NCBI GenBank assembly: GCA_053919585.1
Contig: CM132819.1
DNA length: 64,000 nucleotides
Origin: Euprymna scolopes
Taxonomy: Eukaryota
Reading direction: 5' to 3' (one strand)
The notes beneath the pieces were generated by a model. That model saw only the letters and a program-made list of their open reading frames with translations, was not told where the DNA came from and did not search any database. Positions 1 to 13,508 of this stretch are shown in pieces (the stretch's first letter is position 1; every line of letters begins with the position of its first letter). Made by a program: the position numbers and the translations under genes.

Positions 1-650
1 AAAATATCATTACTGTGACCTAAATACCTCCTTATCGATAGTCTGCATGATTTTCATGTTCTCAGACAAAAAAATAAAGAGAAAAGAAAAAAAGTATATC
101 AAATCTACGAAGGGTCGAAACGGCATTGAACCCATTACGACAACGCAGAGCAGCAACAGGAATACTTAAATGGATTCTGACTACGACAAGGGATTACAAC
201 TCAAAATTACTCGTATTTTTCTTCTCGAGAGAGATAAAATAAATTCTCAATTTTTCTTTGTTCTCAGTGAGAAATGGAATAGTTTTTTTTCTGTTAAAAC
301 CACAAATATGTAACTTTTTTGCTTCGTGCATGTTTACTTTCCATATCTTCTCCGTAAAGTCGACGTTTTTCTGTTTAGCATCGTTTACCAACATTTGTCT
401 TGTAAGTCTATTTATTTTTTCAACATAGAACAGCTTTCAAAGCAACTACTTAAAATGATCCCTTTGCAGAAAACGCGGGTTTCAAAATTACAGAAACAAA
501 GAGAAGGTTAAAGACGAGAATGAGAAAGAAAAGAATAAATCGAAAGAAGTGAAGGAAAGAAGCGGGAGGAGGAGAAAAATAAAAAGAAAAGCTTAAAAAA
601 GGTGAAAGAAGAAAAAGAGAAGCGACAAAAGAGTACAAGAAGCAGAAAGA

Positions 651-1937
651 CGGCAACCAAGCGGGAATATACTGGAAATGCAGACAATGGCTAAGAATGA
701 TCGGAATTTCTATCTTAAGTAATAACGAAAAAAAAACAACAAAGAATCAGAACAGAATATATTCCTAAACCACAATCTTGTCAGCTTAGAAACATTTCAC
801 TCTCGTCCTGAAAAAAAGTAGACTTTTAAAGACTATTTTCGGAGATTTGATGACGTATTCAGGGTTGATTTTAAATTATAGAGCGACTAGATGAAGCTTC
901 GTCTTTTATTACAAAAATTGAGAGCTGTGGAACATAATAAGTTTCTGGACTACATCATCACTAAACTAACCAGCAAGTTGCCCTTCGACAAGACAGTGAA
1001 ATCTTCGATTAAAATGTACTGTCAAAATATCAGCTTATTCCATAAAGATAACCCCACAGTGGCTTCAGCTATTAATAGACACTGTGACGACTTCAGATTA
1101 CCCTCATTGAAGCCCGACAACATTAAGGTCCTAATATTCATTTAAGGCTAAGTGTCGATCAAGGACGCTGAACTCAGATGCCGACCATTAAACCAACTTG
1201 AAAAGGACCCAAATATAATATTTCAACAACTGGCTGCGGTTCTTTTTGATGATTTGGGTGGCATAGTCTTGTAACTTGAACGTCGCCTCAATTTTTGTAC
1301 AGCGGATTAATTTGTCTGAAAAAATATCCCAGATGTCTCCGACAGAAGTGATGTTCGCGAGAAAAATACAGCCAATATTTGAGACAGTATTACGAAACCA
1401 GGTAAAGCCTGCAAAAAAAAATGTTCTCAAAAAGAATTACGTACCGGGAAAACCATATTTTTCTGATTTCCAAAGATAATACTACTTTCTGTGAGCAGGG
1501 AAAAATCAAAACTGAATTGGCCGTATATTTTACATAGTAAAAGGACTACATTACATGCATAAGAAATACTTGACCAAGATACACAAGCGCACTCCGAACG
1601 AGTAAAGTGAAACTCCGCTAGAAGAGAGACGCTGGACTTATGTATGACGCATTTGATCTGGAACCACCTTAAACTAGTACCAAAATTCGTCGACCCGGCA
1701 GAATAAAGGAAACTGATATACCCCTTGGACGTTAACCCAAGTAATAAAAATTATATTTCGGGGAAGCAAATCTTCGGAAACGGGTGTTCTGTAGCAGTTA
1801 ACACCCCTATATCTATGAGAGTATGGATTCGTCTGTTACTATGCAAGCTAGACATTTCTGCCGTCGAGCAGAAAACATGCTCATCGTTTAACCGCTCGCA
1901 GTGAACACCAGGCCCCTTTAACCTTAATATTGTCACA
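651..1937 (+). mobile_element. Decayed, internally deleted Ty3/Gypsy LTR retrotransposon (gag N-terminus fused to integrase C-terminal region, possible short 3' LTR)
   Basis: 785-1236 translates with stops to SLETFHSRPEKK*TFKDYFRRFDDVFRVDF..MKLRLLLQKLRAVEHNKFLDYI..SLFHK..VASAINRHCDDFRL..DNIKVLIFI*GLVSIKDAELR..NQLEKDPNIIFQQLA, a K02A2.6-like Gypsy gag. It is followed at once by MSPTEVMFARKI.. and a (W)EQGKIK..IGRIFYIVKG..HKKYL segment typical of the post-integrase region. A TG...CA-bounded segment at ~1785-1937 may be the 3' LTR. Confidence 0.75.
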
Positions 1938-2597
1938 CCCTACACATAATACACACACACAACACATACACACACACATATATATATGTGTGTATATATA
2001 TATATATATGTGTGTGTGTGTGGGTGTGTATACTTGCATTTGCATTTTAAAACTATATCAATATATATATATATATACACATATTTGCATTTGCATTTTA
2101 AACTTTAATTGTAGCTATTATGCATAAGAATTACTTTCTAAAATGAAGAGTACAATGCAATCTATCCACACTTTATTGTAGAGTAAGTCCCTACGAAAGG
2201 AATGTGAGTCTTCAAATAGAGACACTCCATTGGTTTAATTGAACAAATGGGATTTACCGATTTTCATATAATAAACGCATGGGATTGTTAAACATGTGTT
2301 GATCATTATCTAATCTCGGGCAACTTGGGTTTCCTTTACTTGTAAAATTTACCTAAGTATTTATAAACAAAGTATTAAACAACCCTCGAACCCAACGAGC
2401 TTTGTTCAATTGCACTTTCTCGACACGTATGCTTAAAAAGTGTATGTCAAACTTATTGCACGTGGCTTAATGCCTATCAAAATAAAAACATCGGTTCCGA
2501 AACAATCGTGCAAATTATTGACTTTGTTGTTGTTCCTTCTTATGAAACAGATTTCTAATTTTTAATTCTAATTTGAATTTTAAATTATCAATCCCAT

Positions 2598-2618
<21 letters not shown>

Positions 2619-2648
<30 letters not shown>

Positions 2649-2686
2649 TGTGTGTGTGCGCGTGTGTGTATATGTGTGTGTGTGTG
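2619..2686. repeat. (TA)n/(TG)n microsatellite; representative of many such tracts (e.g. 1940-2080, 2939-3004, 3709-3740, 10684-10751, 10942-11008, 11351-11398, 22476-22552, 26804-26867, 29165-29239, 31557-31598, 46716-46772, 51738-51791, 56363-56430, 58571-58618, 61251-61310)
   Basis: Dinucleotide tracts visible directly; they generate the spurious YIYIYI/CVCV ORFs in the ORF track. Confidence 0.98.
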
Positions 2687-2937
2687 CCAGACTAGTCATG
2701 AGTATTTATTTTGTGTACATTTATAAAAAAAAACCGCTGACATCCTGTAACTACTTCGGACTCGTAAGTATTTTCATGCTGGTAAAATGTTTGTATTTTA
2801 ATCTTTCAGTTTGTTTCAGTTACAATTGCTACTTGTAAAATTATTTTTTTATACATTCTAATATGCAGAAAAAAAACTGTTGCATGCCGAGTATTCTCAG
2901 AATTTCGATGAGCATAAAATATTCAGAAGAGTTATTA

Positions 2938-3008
<71 letters not shown>

Positions 3009-3705
3009 TACACATGTCAGGTCATCTGCTTTTCTGTGGAAATGTTATTGAATATAGAGTAGATTTGTATCTTTCATAGTATTTTTACTTCTATGACATT
3101 ACTTATGCTTTCATTCTATCCTGTATTTACACATCTGAAAGAGTGTATGTGAGTTCAGATATATGTACACACTAAAGGTTGCATTATTGACATTATTGTT
3201 CTCTTATTTCCACGAGATTATGTTTAGTGTTGAAATTTTCCGGCCGTCAGAGACATCATCAAATGTCTATCAAATTTCACAAGCATTTAGCATCAATGTC
3301 AGAATTAAGAGCATTTAAATGTATCCTGTCAATCCCAAACAGTTCGTCTGAGCTAGGAAATTACAGTCGTTCGGCCGTACACGCTTTAAGAAATATAACT
3401 ATTCACGTGCTGTAATAGTGGTCACTTAATTAGAGGAAAGATTCAAATGCTTGAATTTACACTATATGAAATAACGCCTATGCAGGCAAATACATACGCA
3501 GGAATTTATTACAGTGAATTTTATGTATAAGTTTTTATATTTTTACCTATAGTGTTTTTTTTCCATTTGAAAAAAAATCCTGAAACGGGCCTAAAGCTTA
3601 GGAGATTTACTGGAACTAATTATGATTAGTTACGTTAACAAAGATATATGACTCATCTCATTATTTAACGCATAACAATATACTTTCACACAAAACACAC
3701 ACACA

Positions 3706-3742
<37 letters not shown>

Positions 3743-3854
3743 GCATTTAATAAAACATATTAAAAACAAATAGTTAATAAAACACGTTAAAACCACTTTG
3801 AAAAAGAGCCAAATACATATTTAATTTGAAAAGAAAACGCTAAATAAGTGGATA

Positions 3855-3915
3855 ACTTTTAATCCGCGGAGTTTCGAAGAAATACGTTCTTTCTCATCAG
3901 TGGCGAGGATTTAGC
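3855..3915 (-). ncRNA. Degenerate minimal hammerhead-ribozyme-like motif (Penelope-type terminus)
   Basis: Minus strand reads aatcctcgcca CTGATGA gaaagaacgtatttcttc GAAA ctccgcggatta. Both core boxes are present and stem II is imperfect; the stem III/NUH register is ambiguous. Confidence 0.5.
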
Positions 3916-4138
3916 AACATGCGTGATCGGATTTTTCTGTCAAGAGTATTTGATGAAACTACAAGTAAGCCATAGATCATACTTGATATCACAAAGTGAA
4001 GCAGAGGGAATAGGGTGAAAAAAAGTGATTTCACGTGAATAAATAGTCTGGTGAAGAGTAAAGTATCACATGACGGTAAAATCCAAAAATGCAGAATCAA
4101 AGGAAGGTGCCTTAATTTCCATTTGCACAAGTAAAACC

Positions 4139-4356
4139 NNNNNNNNNNNNNNNNNNNNNNNNNNNNNNNNNNNNNNNNNNNNNNNNNNNNNNNNNNNNNN
4201 NNNNNNNNNNNNNNNNNNNNNNNNNNNNNNNNNNNNNNNNNNNNNNNNNNNNNNNNNNNNNNNNNNNNNNNNNNNNNNNNNNNNNNNNNNNNNNNNNNNN
4301 NNNNNNNNNNNNNNNNNNNNNNNNNNNNNNNNNNNNNNNNNNNNNNNNNNNNNNNN
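4139..4356. other. Assembly gap (others: 12620-12759, 16451-16590, 19791-19960, 42595-42736, 56707-56905, 57589-57765, 61064-61208)
   Basis: Runs of N. Confidence 1.
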
Positions 4357-5664
4357 AATGTTTAGTAAATAAACAAAAAAATCATTCTGCAATAGCAGAA
4401 AAATAATAATAATGTACTTGTATGGAATTAAAATAAGAACACCTATAATAGAAAGTAATTATCGCTTATCAATCGGAATTAAAACGTTTGATTTGTTTTA
4501 TGAAAAGTCACATTTCCCCTGAACGCTAGGTTTACTAAGGAACAATAAAGTTTTTAGCCTATGACAAGGGAATATTTTAAAAAAAAAATTTTTGTCTTTC
4601 CAGTATATATAAGTTAATATATGTTTTATATAGAATGATGTGGTTCTCTATTGATTAACTGTGTATAACTGTATGGGATATATACTCGAAGGTCAAAACA
4701 ATGATGAGAATATTCTCTTGTCATAGCCATAGTAATTTCATGTGAATTTGCCCTAACATATATCAATAATATACTGCATCCTTCTTAGTTTGTTTGTTTG
4801 CAATACACTGCAATGAACTGTTTTACATGAGACAAAATTCGTGATATTTGTCTTTATAAAGCCAATATGACAACCCTCTGCCAGATAATGAGAGTGATTT
4901 CCCTTTTATATAGCATTGTTTTGGAATGTCATGATCTATTTTTTTTATTTCATTTAGGTTTGTTTTATATGAAAAAAAAATACATATTAGTTTTTAGAAA
5001 TGTAAGTAAACATGCCCCAAAACTATTTTTTTGTTTGCTATCTAGAAACATATCTGATTAATCCTAAAATATGTGTGAATTGTATATATTCCGAATCCCT
5101 TCATATTTCCAGTTGACTTGCTAGTCTATAATAATAAGGAATGAAGGACTTTAAAAATAACACGTGTGTTATAAATTGTACATGTTTTATTATGGGAAAA
5201 CAAGACATTTTAACTACGAAAATGCGTGTCTTTCTCTGAAATCTCAACAGTTATTCTATCAAAATCAAGTTTAATATTAAATAAATTATACACATTCATA
5301 ATACTTCGAAACAACCGTGTGTCAACAAATCAATATTTAGAACGTAATGCATTTTTCAACGTGTATAAGTTGTTATTCAAAAATAACTTTTACAAGCAAT
5401 ACATTCTGCGTTAAAGCACACATCTAGTTTCTATGGAAACAATAGTAAACAGTGGAATGTACTATCTGATAGCAATACATCATAACGTTTTTCATAAATA
5501 ACTACTCCCACTGAATATATCCTGCATCAAGGGCTTTGTTTTCCTCGTGAGAAATGTCTTGGAATAAATTCGAATTATACACATAAAAACATATGAATTT
5601 TTGAATAACTTAATTTAAGAGTACTTTTACAATATCTATAATAAAAAGCAGAGTGTGTGTGCAT

Positions 5665-6378
5665 GTGCGTGTGTCTGGTCACGAATAGGCTACTATATGG
5701 TTCACTATTATAGAAAACTGATCACATATAATGATAGAAGATGTATCGGGGCAAAAGAATGGGTATGTTTGATCTGGCAGAACCGTGGCACATTAAAAGT
5801 GTGGGGTTTGCGTTCGCGCCTGATTCACAAAGTATGGAAATAAAAAAAATAAAAATTAAAAAGAAAACGTTTACAAGTGTTTTTGATATAGATGTACATA
5901 ATAATACTTTGTATATATGGTTTATCTTAAATAGGGATAGTATAATAAAATTGGGAGGTCTGCGTTCACGCCTGGCCTCCATAGAATGGAAATAGGCACA
6001 CAATTTAATAAAGATTATTCATATCTATCTGCGTAAGTATACTTTGATAATTATGTTTCAGTTTGAAGAAATATCGTATGAGAAAATAATGGGGTGTTCG
6101 TTCGCACCTGACTTCCATAGAATGAGAATATGCCACAAAGTTTTACAAGGTTTTCTTATATAGATCCACAGATTATTGTGATAAGTGTTTCAGTGTGAAC
6201 TGGTATGGTATAATAAATTATGGGGTTTATCTATTTTATCTTTACTTTCATCATATTTTGCTTTGGTTTTGATACCCGCAAATTTGAAGGTATCTCATTA
6301 CAACCCTTCCTTTTCATAACCTATCATACTTTCATAAATCAGAGTCCATTTTCTGTATGGTGGTTTTTTAACCCAGTC
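5665..6378 (+). repeat. Interspersed repeat, copy 1 (~700 bp, internal ~140-bp subrepeats)
   Basis: Aligns by eye to the reverse complement of 57766-58468 (gtcacgaataggct.ctatatggtt.actatt; caacccttccttttcat.acctat.atactttcataaa). An internal motif gggg..tgcgttcg..cctg..tccatagaatggaaat recurs near 5800, 5950, 6090 and partly 6220. Confidence 0.85.
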
Positions 6379-9300
6379 AATGACAGGTACTTTTGCTAGT
6401 AAAATATAAAGAGACAGGGGTTGGTATTTTTTCTGAAGGTATTTTATAATTCTTGCAGTATAAAATTAATTATACACTGAAGTCGCTTACGACAAGTTTA
6501 TTCATGCTCCTCGTATAAAACTACTACAACTGTTACAGTTTTATTGTGCTAACTGTCGTGAAAAAAATTATACATTTAGATATGTCTTGTGATGATATTT
6601 GAATGTGTACGTAAACGATGCAAAAATGGACCAATGCAGAATTAATTATATTATATAGCGAAGACAGATTAATATGTCAACGGGGTTAGGGACAAATTTC
6701 TATGTTAAACAGCGGATAAACCGGTCCTTGATAGAAATTGGAGCGGCATGGAGTTTTATGAAAACAAAAATTAAAAGATCAGATACAAGTTTTATATGAA
6801 CAAACAGTGATGTTTCAGGTTGATTCATATTGTAATATTAGCGTGCCGGGACAGAGACAAATTATTATTTATATGATAAAATGTTCTGTAGAGGTAGATT
6901 TTTTAGAGAAAATAGTTTAATAGAAGAGGAATGTTCAAAAATATACCAATCAGTAATTTTTCCTGATAACTAACTTTTTCGTTAAAAAATACGGACATTT
7001 TGCATAGATTGCATGATTTGATTGCTTAATTACGTGCGGGTTTACTTAATTTACTTAATCAACCACAAAATGTGTATAGCTATTCATGTAGATTTATTTG
7101 AGAGATGAGACATTCGAGAATTGAGCATGAAAGAATAGGGATCGAAAGAGATTACCCTCACGTCCTTGAGCCAGGTCATGTGATAATAGATATATGTAGC
7201 CGTCGCAAACCCTTCGGTGTGATATAAATGTTTGAAATGAAATAATTTTCGAAAAAAAAAACTTAGCGTGGAAAAATATCAGAATCCTGAAGAAAAACAT
7301 CCAAAAATGAAGAAGGTATGTGTTACCTTTTTGCCGCAAGACGATGTTAGGGTTGCACTAATTGTCTCATTGTTGAACTGCTGCTGAATGTTTAAAAACT
7401 GAGCCACAGCTATACGACTAAGACCATCTTTACCCAACACGAACATTTCTAGACAATCACATCTTTAAATATGTAAGCGCAGACATTAAGAGCCACGTAA
7501 ATATACACAGAAAAGCATACGTTATACAAATCGCTATATAACACGATCAATAAAATGGCACACAATAAATCTATATAGTAGAATAAGACCAGAAAAAGGC
7601 GTTTGATTTATAATTTAAATACATGTTTGATTAATATAAAATAATGAGTAAATGTGTATATTTTCGTAATAAAATAAAGCGTTTTTCTATATTAAATATA
7701 CTTTACATCTACAGTTTAATTTATTTTTAAAATAAACGACAGTGTTCTATTTACTGACACATAAAATACCGCACTGATTTTATTCATTTGGAAACAGGAT
7801 TATCTAAATTTCTACGGTGAAAATAATTGTCAGCTTACTTTATTTGAGTTGAGTAAAAACAATTATTTTTTAATGAATATTTTTATTTTTAGTGATTAAG
7901 TCGACGGGAGGGCACTCTTTTATTTCGGAAATATATAAGTTATAATATTGGGCATGTTTTCTTTTATTTTTTCTACAGCAGATAAATAACGTATTGAACG
8001 TCCATACTTTTTTATTTATTGGAAAGATATGCATATTACTTAAATAATATTTTATTCCGTAGTGTTTTCTAAAAGTTGCACCCGCTTTATAACTCCACAT
8101 ATGCACATTATTTGTTATATGTAGCAGATTATTTGTAAATACTTATATACTTATGACGTGCGAAACGATAAGAGACGCAACGATATTATTGTATACACAT
8201 TGTAAAATAAGAATACCGACGAAAATTCTAGTTAATCTCGGTTCAGATAATATTATGTTGAGTTTGGTATTATCTTTAACCTTTGAAGATGTCTGGCGTA
8301 TTTCTAATTCATACAAATCTGAAGCGTACTAAGCCAATATTGTATTAGTGTGTTATAGTATTTCGTGAACAAAGTTGTTAACTATTGTTAATATTCGAAT
8401 ATTAAATAGTTTAGTTTAGAACTACACAGCACTGAGATCCGAGAAAGTGAAATGAAACGGTGTTCTTGTATTTAGATGTATAAACTTCATAAAATGAACA
8501 TTTACAACATATAGTCTTGTGTATATGGTTTATGATCATATCATATTTGTCAATCTCGTAAGACTTTGAACATTTATGGTATATTTCTATTTTATAGACA
8601 CCTCGAGAGTACGCAGAAAACACAATGGTTATATATTCGTGCACATATTTACTACACGTTTGGCAATGTTCGACGATTAAAAACGTGTAATTTATTTCGA
8701 GATAACACCGATATCAGAATGAATCAAATAAAACAATTTTCTTCTAGTTAGCAGTAGATTGTATTTTTTAAGAAAATAATGTGTAAGGCAATCGGGCCAA
8801 ACTTCTCTTTTCGAGAACAAGATGAAGTACGATATCGAACGTGAGAAACAGACATTATCCCATCGTAAAATTATAAACTTTTCTAATTTTAATTCATGTT
8901 AAAAAGTGATAATATTAAGCATCAACACACTAAGGCCTATGTAAGATGGATTCAGCGATAACTAGCAATCTGCGAAATTAAATATTGATCAAAACCCTAC
9001 ATAAATTAACTGCACAATACTTTATAAAAATAGGAAACAGGCCTCACAAATAGAATTTACAAAATATCACAAATTATTTTCAATAGATTTTTTTATCGTT
9101 GGTTTGGATTTGCTTTTAAGATGTGCCTATTAATTTAATTGCTCCGTCACAAATCTAATCAAAACTGTTTAATTAAGGATGAACTGAAACATTTACTAAA
9201 TTAGATTTCATTTGTTTAATGTTTATAACTATAAACTATAGAAATGCCAGTTATGGCTGGGTTTAAATTGATTCTCCGAAGAAAACAATTTTTACCGTCT

Positions 9301-9821
9301 ATATATAACTTACTATAAATAAATCAACATTCCATGATCCTGCAGCCTATGTCTAAAATCTTTAGTTATATTCTGATAAAATAGTAATACAAATACAAAT
9401 CAAGTAAATCAATGCACAAAATATTCTAAACCATTTTCTTCATACAAATAATATCGTTAGCCGCTATTAAATTTTTACAAACATCCTCTATTTTTGAAAA
9501 AAAAATGAAAATGTTTTTGCAATGCTTTCTTTAGCATTCTCTGACATTCAGCTATTAGCATACCATATTTGTTCAATAGCGTTAAATGTCGCTAATACCA
9601 AAAATTCCACACTATTCTTCAGTGAAATGCATTACAATTATTAGAGGAAAATATTATTAACGTTTACATGTTTATTTAAATATGAAGAAAAAAATGAATT
9701 AATAAGCCGCAAAGCAGAATATAAAAATTGGGCAAATTTCTAATTTACTTAATGATTTTTAATTTATTTTTCTTTATATATTTTTCGTATATACCTGCGT
9801 ATATATTCCTATGTATATTAC

Positions 9822-10151
9822 AATAGAAAAATGGGAGGTTAAGAAGTAATATGGATAAGATTAAACATGGAAAAGTAAAGGAATTATTGTTAAATCTGGA
9901 AAAGAATCAGACAAAATATTCTAGTGAAAAATATAATAAATGTATAACTTAAAATATTGCAGCATTAAGAATAGATTATAAAATGTTATAAATTGAATTA
10001 AAAAAAATAATTGCTGTAATATCTCAAGTTATAATTTATTATATTTTTTCTAGAATATATTGTCCTTTACTTTTCCAGTTTAACAACTAGTTCTTTACTT
10101 TTCCATGTTTCAGGTAAACGATATTACTTTTCATGCTCGCATTAGTCTATT
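9822..10151. mobile_element. Foldback / MITE-like long inverted repeat (~140-bp arms, ~45-bp spacer)
   Basis: The left arm aagtaatat..aaacatggaaaagtaaaggaattattgttaaatctggaaaag..gacaaaatattctagtgaaaaatataataaatgtataactt is mirrored by aagttataatttattatattttttctagaatatattgtc..cttttccagtttaacaactagttctttacttttccatgttt..atattactt. Confidence 0.8.
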
Positions 10152-10681
10152 TTGATCCATGAGTGTTCAAGGCTTGCAGTAAATTCACTTGACTTTATTT
10201 AATTTCAGTCTTATTTTTTGATCCCATAAACATAACGTAGACATATGTAATAACAATGTACGGCACTCGTCTGCTTTCACTTACACCTACCCAATTATAA
10301 TGTTTTCATGATCTGTTTCCCTTGTTACTTCTCTTTTCGTGGGAGCAGTGAATGGTTAGAAAGACATGTCGCTGATGCGCCGTGGTTTCTATGGAAATCA
10401 CTCAAAAAACTGCGCTAACATCCTCACTTTTTTACGATTGTGAACACCAGTAAACTCATTATAACTTTTGTTTTACTGTACGGAAGTTGAAAAATATCAC
10501 AATATAGCTGAGAAGGTGATCTATAAAATGCAATAATTATTTAAAATTTGCTGGAATAATGAGTGAGCGGTGAAGCTTGAAAGCTGTTCTAAATTAATAA
10601 AACTGGCATTTAGCAATATATCCAAATACTACCATGTTTGAATGATATATTTCCACCTTGGTTTCTGTCTCTTCTCTCTTA

Positions 10682-10751
<70 letters not shown>

Positions 10752-10840
10752 GCACAGATCATCATATATAGATTAGATCCCTCTGACAGAAATTAAAAAG
10801 TATTTAACAAATAAATGTTTAAAATGCAATAACATTTCTC

Positions 10841-10938
10841 GCGGTTAACGGTAGCCGAATGGATAAGGTTCTTGCTAATCGAGCAATGATTATTTCTGGC
10901 ACCGAGTTCGAATCTATCGATTAGTGTTAATCGTGACT

Positions 10939-10940
<2 letters not shown>
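10841..10940 (+). mobile_element. tRNA-derived SINE head / tRNA pseudogene (Pol III A and B boxes)
   Basis: A box TAGCCGAATGG (10852-10862) and B box GAGTTCGAATC (10904-10914) at tRNA-like spacing. There is no acceptor stem or clean cloverleaf, and the segment runs into (TA)n. Confidence 0.65.
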
Positions 10941-10992
<52 letters not shown>

Positions 10993-11019
10993 ATGTGTGT
11001 GTGTGTGTAATTTTGTCTT

Positions 11020-11272
11020 ACCAGGCTGCGAAAAGCTGCTTCTGTGTTCACAAAAATGCTGGACAAAAAAACGAATGCATTAAATTATCGCCCCGTTATC
11101 CTCCTTTTTTCTTTTCAGCCAAAATTTTTGACTCTTTAATTACCAATCTCTAGTCTACCACCTCACATTTGCTAAATTATATCCCTACAGAACGTGTATA
11201 CTATGCACTGTATGAGGCAGAGAAGGTTGTGGCAGTCGTACTAGATATATCTAAGGCTTTTGACAGGATATG
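11020..11272 (+). pseudogene. Non-LTR retrotransposon reverse-transcriptase fragment (CR1/L2/Jockey-type)
   Basis: Frameshifted NYRPVILL (NYRPIS-like) and ERVYYALYEAEKVVAVVLDISKAFDRI, the LD.SKAFD RT motif. Both sides are bounded by microsatellites. Confidence 0.8.
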
Positions 11273-11349
11273 CAAGTTTCTCTTTTTTGTTTTGGTTTAT
11301 TTACGTTTAATAAAACTGGGCCACAACAACACGTTGTCAGATGCAGCTA

Positions 11350-11392
<43 letters not shown>

Positions 11393-12359
11393 TATATAAG
11401 TGTATATATAATATAAAAATATATATAATATCGTTAATCACATTCTAAAACGAAATGCCTTTATTTCATAGTATTTTCTATGTTTATGTAGTACAGTCTA
11501 TACATTTTTCTTTTAATAGCATAATTCATATAGAATCCATTGAGTAGGATGCGTGTTTCCAGTACGAAAAGAGTAAAGTTATATTGTATTTTCTTCAGAA
11601 TCAAAATAATATACTGAAAGAAAATCTTTAGTAAAGGAACAATCGCTATATTTTAAAGTTAGTAAAATCATAAGAATAAAGAAAAATATTTAGGAAAGCA
11701 AAACGATAAACTATAACGAAATCGCTCAGTAAAATTAGACAAACAATAGCAAATATATGTGGGGGTGCGTGTGACCCGTTATATTCTTATATCTTTTTTC
11801 TCAATTGTAAGGACACAAAATAGTTTTAAAATCTCGAGAAGCATTTCTTAAACTTCAAGATATTCTAAAGTAGTTTAAACTGCCATAAGACTTACGACTT
11901 TAAACCAATACAACGTATAAAATCGCAGTAACTACTAATAAGGAAATAGAAATGCAAGTAAATGTATTAAACAAAAACTGTCTTTTTATTTAACTCAAGA
12001 TCATAGAAACCTATACATATTGACTATATTAAATCCAAAATTAATGTTAAGTTTACATTTGTTTCATGTGTTTATAAATTAACTGCTATGTGAATAAATT
12101 AGAATTATAATGAGTGTCTAACATTTGTAATACACCTAATATTTATAGCTCCAACCATTTATATATATTCGCCCGTATTTGATGAACTCAAGGGAATGGG
12201 AGAGATGATTTCATTACGATTTCAAGCCATGTTATTTTTAATTACAGTATAAAACTTGCATAACGTCTTTTTTGGTCTTTATGGGATAATTTTCGTGGAA
12301 ACTGTTCTTAAAATACTTAATAATTCATGAAATGAGTGTATTACTCTAAAGCCAATAGT

Positions 12360-12619
12360 GTGTATGATTATATTGCATTAAAATTGAACGATACTATATA
12401 TAGGTGTTTGAATCCGCCATACTCTCCCAAACTCTCCCTTACCTTTTCAAGCAAATCGATTCCCTTCCTGCATGAGAAATTCTTCGAAAAACATAACATG
12501 TTTTATGTTATTTGCATGAATACAGTTGTTGATTCCGATTATGCTTATTTTGACCTACATATTTTTATTTTATTTGAGCCGAGATATGCACATCTGAATT
12601 TGAAAGTTAGAAGAGGCGG
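12360..12619 (+). pseudogene. mariner transposase C-terminal remnant
   Basis: LNPPYSPKLSLT..FKQID..FLHEKFF resembles HPPYSPDLSPTDYHFFKHLDNFL, and VDSDYAYFD resembles the mariner C-terminus. The segment is cut by an N gap. Confidence 0.65.
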
Positions 12620-13508
12620 NNNNNNNNNNNNNNNNNNNNNNNNNNNNNNNNNNNNNNNNNNNNNNNNNNNNNNNNNNNNNNNNNNNNNNNNNNNNNNNNN
12701 NNNNNNNNNNNNNNNNNNNNNNNNNNNNNNNNNNNNNNNNNNNNNNNNNNNNNNNNNNNAAAACTAACATATATACAAACAACACATGACAAACAGAATG
12801 AACTAGGTTTTGCTCAACACTGCTAATTTTAATGCAACTTCTGACGTACATGTATCTACTTTTCTTATGCATATGGACTGATGGAAGAGAATTCTGACAG
12901 CTTGACTACTTTCTTTCTGTTGTTTGTATATTTTTCCTTAAGGTTGTTTATTGCTGGTAAGCGTATCAAACGAGCCCTGGCTGTGCAATCATGACAAGGT
13001 TTATTCGGTTGCAGCACATGTATATTTATTCTAAGGTATTTATTGAGGACGATCAAAAAACAAGATATTCTTTTTATTTCGGACTTTTCCTTCTATAATG
13101 ATTTCCGTACGAAGAATATAGGTTAAGTCTTATAATTATCTACCTTTACCTTGGACAGAAGAATAAAAGTAACGCATTCGGCAAGAGATATTAATGTTAC
13201 ATGCTCTGCTGAATTGCAAAATTGTTTTAATGTTGTCGAGTTATATGTCTCATCATTTATTAAAGTTAGACAAATATTCAATTATCCATGTTGACAATAG
13301 CAACCACTATTGATTTGAACTATTATAAAATTCTTGATCATAAAAAAGATTGCTGATGCACTGACCCATTACAGAATAAATGAAGCGCATCATCATAACA
13401 AAGACGACACATTGGTCATAGTAAAACAGTCAACGAGTGAAGTACTATGTTCAGTATCGATGTTTAAGATCAGATTAATGAATACAGAATTTATAAATAC
13501 CATATTCT

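Noticed and set aside
10841-10940. Functional tRNA gene
   Set aside because: A and B boxes are present, but there is no acceptor stem or T-stem pairing, so it is treated as SINE-like.
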